From positions 1 through 15,071 of the forward strand of contig CAYZXG010000016.1 of assembly GCA_964482365.1 (NCBI GenBank): DNA of 15,071 bases. Direction: 5' to 3'. The position numbers were made by a program, and so were the translations under genes. Below are positions 12,796 through 15,071 of the stretch, one piece after another. This stretch comes from an uncultured Candidatus Saccharibacteria bacterium. GTDB lineage: Bacteria; Patescibacteriota; 4484-211; GCA-002791395. Positions within the stretch are counted from its first letter, which is position 1. Each line of letters starts with the position of its first letter. The notes beneath the pieces were generated by a model, which was not told the origin of the DNA, ran no database searches, and saw only the letters and a list, made by a program, of their open reading frames with translations.

Positions 12796-14961
12796 ATGCC
12801 TCAGCAAGATCCAAGCAAGTTTGATGTACTTGGTGGACTTAGTTCATCCGCAGATTTAATGAGTCGAGGAGCTGGTATTGCCGGGGATTATGTGGCGACC
12901 GCTGATGTTTTGATCACAGTACCTGATCAGGTAAGAGGTATTGGAAAAGCATTTGGAGTTGGTCGTCGTATTGTCGTCCCTGCAGAAGAAATTCACATTG
13001 TTACAGGTGGGGGGATGCATAGTTTCTTTGGTATAAGTAAAGAAACTCATGTCTATGGCCAGGCTGCAAAAAAGCTGCCTTTGTATTGGCTTAATCCACT
13101 CACCAGCGTTGTGAAGCTCAAAACAGTATCGTTTATCGTACGGGTTGTGGGTGATAACAGCCAAGGTGTCAATGCTTTGGATATGGACAAGGTTCCGTTC
13201 TTGGTGTGGGCGCACGTTGTGGCAAAGCTTAATCCTGACGTGGCTATGACTGCTGCTCAGCGGATTGGTAACGATATTCGGGGGTTAGTCACAACGATCA
13301 CCGAAGTTACCCAATCCGAGATTATTGCAGCAGCTTCGAGGATGGGTCTCGAAACGATCATTGCTGATCGCCAACAGCTTGCCAAACATGCCGAGAATGA
13401 GGTCAACGTAACACTTGCAGGGCTTGGATACGACCTTCAATTGCTTCGCATCACAGAACTTGGTGGTGAAGCATATGAAAAGTTGGTGACTCAAGCCGTT
13501 GCGGTGGTGACGAAACAGACAACCATTGCGACAAACGCAGAGCTTCTTTTAACGCGTGAAAGTGTTGAAGAGAAATTGCGTCGAGAGGCGGTAATTGTAG
13601 CTGAGACAAAGCGCAAAACCAAATCTGAAGAGTTGGCAGCTGATCGTGACGTTCAAACCGCTCAATTAAACCAGGATGAGGATCTTGGTTTACGGCGCCA
13701 TACCCTTGCACTTAAGAAAGCTGATCGACAGCGAACAGCCAATATCGCACAGCAGGCTGTAGATTTGGGGAAGGTTCAGCTTGACCAGGAAGTTGCACTT
13801 GAGCAGGTCCAGCGAGATGCTGAAGTCGCGATCAAAACTCAGGCTCTTGCAAAACAGCGGGAACAGGAGCAGGTTGTTGCTGATGCAGCAATTGAACTTG
13901 CACGTACTCAACAAGAATCTCTACGACTTGCAGCTGAGCAACAGAAAAAGCTTGAGCGCGATTTTGCGCGAACTGAAGAAGAGGCAAAGCGTCTTCAGGC
14001 AGAGGAAGAGGCGCGTGCGAATCGGGATCGTGACGTGCTTTTGATTGGTGCGAAGGCAGATGCAGAGGCGATTCGAATTGGGGCCGAGGCAGCTGCTGAG
14101 AAAAAGCGTACTGAAGCACAGGCTACTGCCGCTGCCGCTGATTTTGAAGCTACTGCAAAGGAACGTGATTCTGCGGCTCAGATCAAACAAGCTACTGCAA
14201 CGCGAGCGAAAACCGCAGCAGAAGGTCTTGCTCAGGCAGAAGTTGCTGAAGCTAAGGCTGCTGCTGAGATCAAACAAGCTGAGGCTGCACAGGCGACAGG
14301 TTTTGCGCAGGCTGCAATCGCTGAGAAAGATGCGGCGGTTGAGGCTGGACGTATTCGTTTGGTCGCTGAGGCAGAACTTGACGCAGAGGCACGAAGAGCA
14401 AAGCTTTATGCCGAAAGTCCTGAACTGCTTGCGCTCGAAAGACTCGATCGAGAGCATTGGCAGGCGATTGCTCTTGCGAAGCAAGAGCTTGATGCTCGTG
14501 TCGCTATGATGGTTGCCTTGGCACCCCACATTCAACTTGATGCCAAGGTGATTGGGAACGGTAGTCAGATGGGTCAGATTATGGGCCAGATGATGACCCT
14601 GGCGTCGGGTTACAATGTTATGGTAAATGATCCTACGGTGAGTAGTATTGTTGGATCTGGTGGATCGGCAATTTCAGTTGGTGGGGATATCCTGAGTAGG
14701 GTTTTGCCTGCAGTGCGAAGTGCGTTCGCAGGAGTAAACCCTCGTGTTTTTGCATCACTGACGGTTGCAGATGCTCTTGATCGCCTGCAAGGTGTCGTTA
14801 GTGGTGAGCAGGACGTTGTGACCGCCATTCAAAAGCTACGTGATGATGCCAATTTCCGGATGGTCGGAAACATTCCGGTTGGCCAAATCCTAGGTGTGTT
14901 TTTGGGCGGTGGTGGAGAGGCAACTCAACCTGCTGGAGACGAATCCTTGGTACTACAGTAG
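12796..14961 (+). CDS. Flotillin / SPFH (band-7)-domain protein with a long Ala/Glu-rich coiled coil and a roughly 180-aa Gly/Met-rich C-terminal extension.
   Basis: 721 aa from the ATG at 12796, with SD AAGGAGAG and a 5-nt spacer. The SPFH core spans RRIVVPAEEIHIVTGGGMHSFF...LRITEL. The flotillin-type EA-rich coiled coil reads AEAKAAAEIKQAEAAQA...ESPELLALERLDREHWQAIALAKQ. No N-terminal hydrophobic anchor is present. The C-terminal region GSQMGQIMGQMMTLASG...GGGGEATQPAG is unassigned. Confidence 0.8.
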   Translation: MPQQDPSKFDVLGGLSSSADLMSRGAGIAGDYVATADVLITVPDQVRGIGKAFGVGRRIVVPAEEIHIVTGGGMHSFFGISKETHVYGQAAKKLPLYWLNPLTSVVKLKTVSFIVRVVGDNSQGVNALDMDKVPFLVWAHVVAKLNPDVAMTAAQRIGNDIRGLVTTITEVTQSEIIAAASRMGLETIIADRQQLAKHAENEVNVTLAGLGYDLQLLRITELGGEAYEKLVTQAVAVVTKQTTIATNAELLLTRESVEEKLRREAVIVAETKRKTKSEELAADRDVQTAQLNQDEDLGLRRHTLALKKADRQRTANIAQQAVDLGKVQLDQEVALEQVQRDAEVAIKTQALAKQREQEQVVADAAIELARTQQESLRLAAEQQKKLERDFARTEEEAKRLQAEEEARANRDRDVLLIGAKADAEAIRIGAEAAAEKKRTEAQATAAAADFEATAKERDSAAQIKQATATRAKTAAEGLAQAEVAEAKAAAEIKQAEAAQATGFAQAAIAEKDAAVEAGRIRLVAEAELDAEARRAKLYAESPELLALERLDREHWQAIALAKQELDARVAMMVALAPHIQLDAKVIGNGSQMGQIMGQMMTLASGYNVMVNDPTVSSIVGSGGSAISVGGDILSRVLPAVRSAFAGVNPRVFASLTVADALDRLQGVVSGEQDVVTAIQKLRDDANFRMVGNIPVGQILGVFLGGGGEATQPAGDESLVLQ

Positions 14962-15071
14962 TTTGATAGCTGTCTACAAAGTTGTACACCCTGAGAGATT
15001 TTCAGGTTGTATTTAGTTAGGGTCTAGGATACTTTAGAGCGGGTTTTTTCTAAATTCTACTAAAAGTATAT

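Noticed and set aside
14045-14535. Overlapping ORFs inside the flotillin gene (14045..14509 +, Arg/Leu-rich; 13921..14535 -, Cys/Ser-rich).
   Set aside because: These are alternative-frame translations of the GC-rich GCN/GAR repeat coding for the Ala/Glu coiled coil. Their low complexity is typical of shadow ORFs.
14990-15018. Possible weak terminator after the flotillin gene (CCTGA-7nt-TCAGG followed by TTGTATTTAGTT).
   Set aside because: The stem is only 5 bp, and the T-tract is interrupted. It may work in vivo but cannot be supported from sequence alone. The window also ends shortly after.

Overview
This 15-kb window is a chromosomal segment from a low-GC (about 43%) bacterium. Genes sit on both strands and a mix of Shine-Dalgarno-led and apparently leaderless starts is used. 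TGA acts as a normal stop here (murB and a small minus-strand ORF end in TGA), so standard code 11 is assumed. From 5' to 3' the supported features are:
- A 5'-truncated gene for a tandem LamG/concanavalin-A-like lectin-domain repeat protein, split by a single in-frame TGA at 484-486.
- A REPtron (1358-2168): a RAYT (REP-associated HuH tyrosine transposase) gene flanked by GC-rich palindromes. All carry a conserved 5' GTAGGGG head. They include a tandemly duplicated inverted-REP/REP unit, and two copies lie in-frame inside the RAYT CDS.
- A minus-strand operon of three small membrane proteins ending in a strong intrinsic terminator.
- tRNA-Leu(CAA) on the minus strand.
- An M16 zinc peptidase (HxxEH motif).
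- A DksA/TraR-like protein lacking all four zinc-finger cysteines.
- MurB.
- A divergent polytopic membrane protein with weak Lgt-like similarity.
- A DHH-family NrnA-like protein with degenerate catalytic motifs and no DHHA1 domain.
- rpsO (S15) and pnp (PNPase).
- A GC-rich small single-pass membrane protein followed by a terminator.
- A minus-strand module: a 2-TM mini-protein, a sigma-70 region-4-like HTH mini-protein and two small overlapping ORFs.
- A 530-bp ORF-free leader.
- A 721-aa flotillin/SPFH-like coiled-coil protein with no N-terminal membrane anchor and an unusual C-terminal extension.
No CRISPR array, rRNA or prophage structural genes are visible. The most unusual signals are the REP/RAYT architecture with in-frame REPs, the in-frame TGA in the LamG gene, the repeated TATAAT-6/7nt-ATG leaderless arrangement, the degenerate DksA-like and DHH-like proteins, and the mini sigma-4/membrane module next to the atypical flotillin locus.
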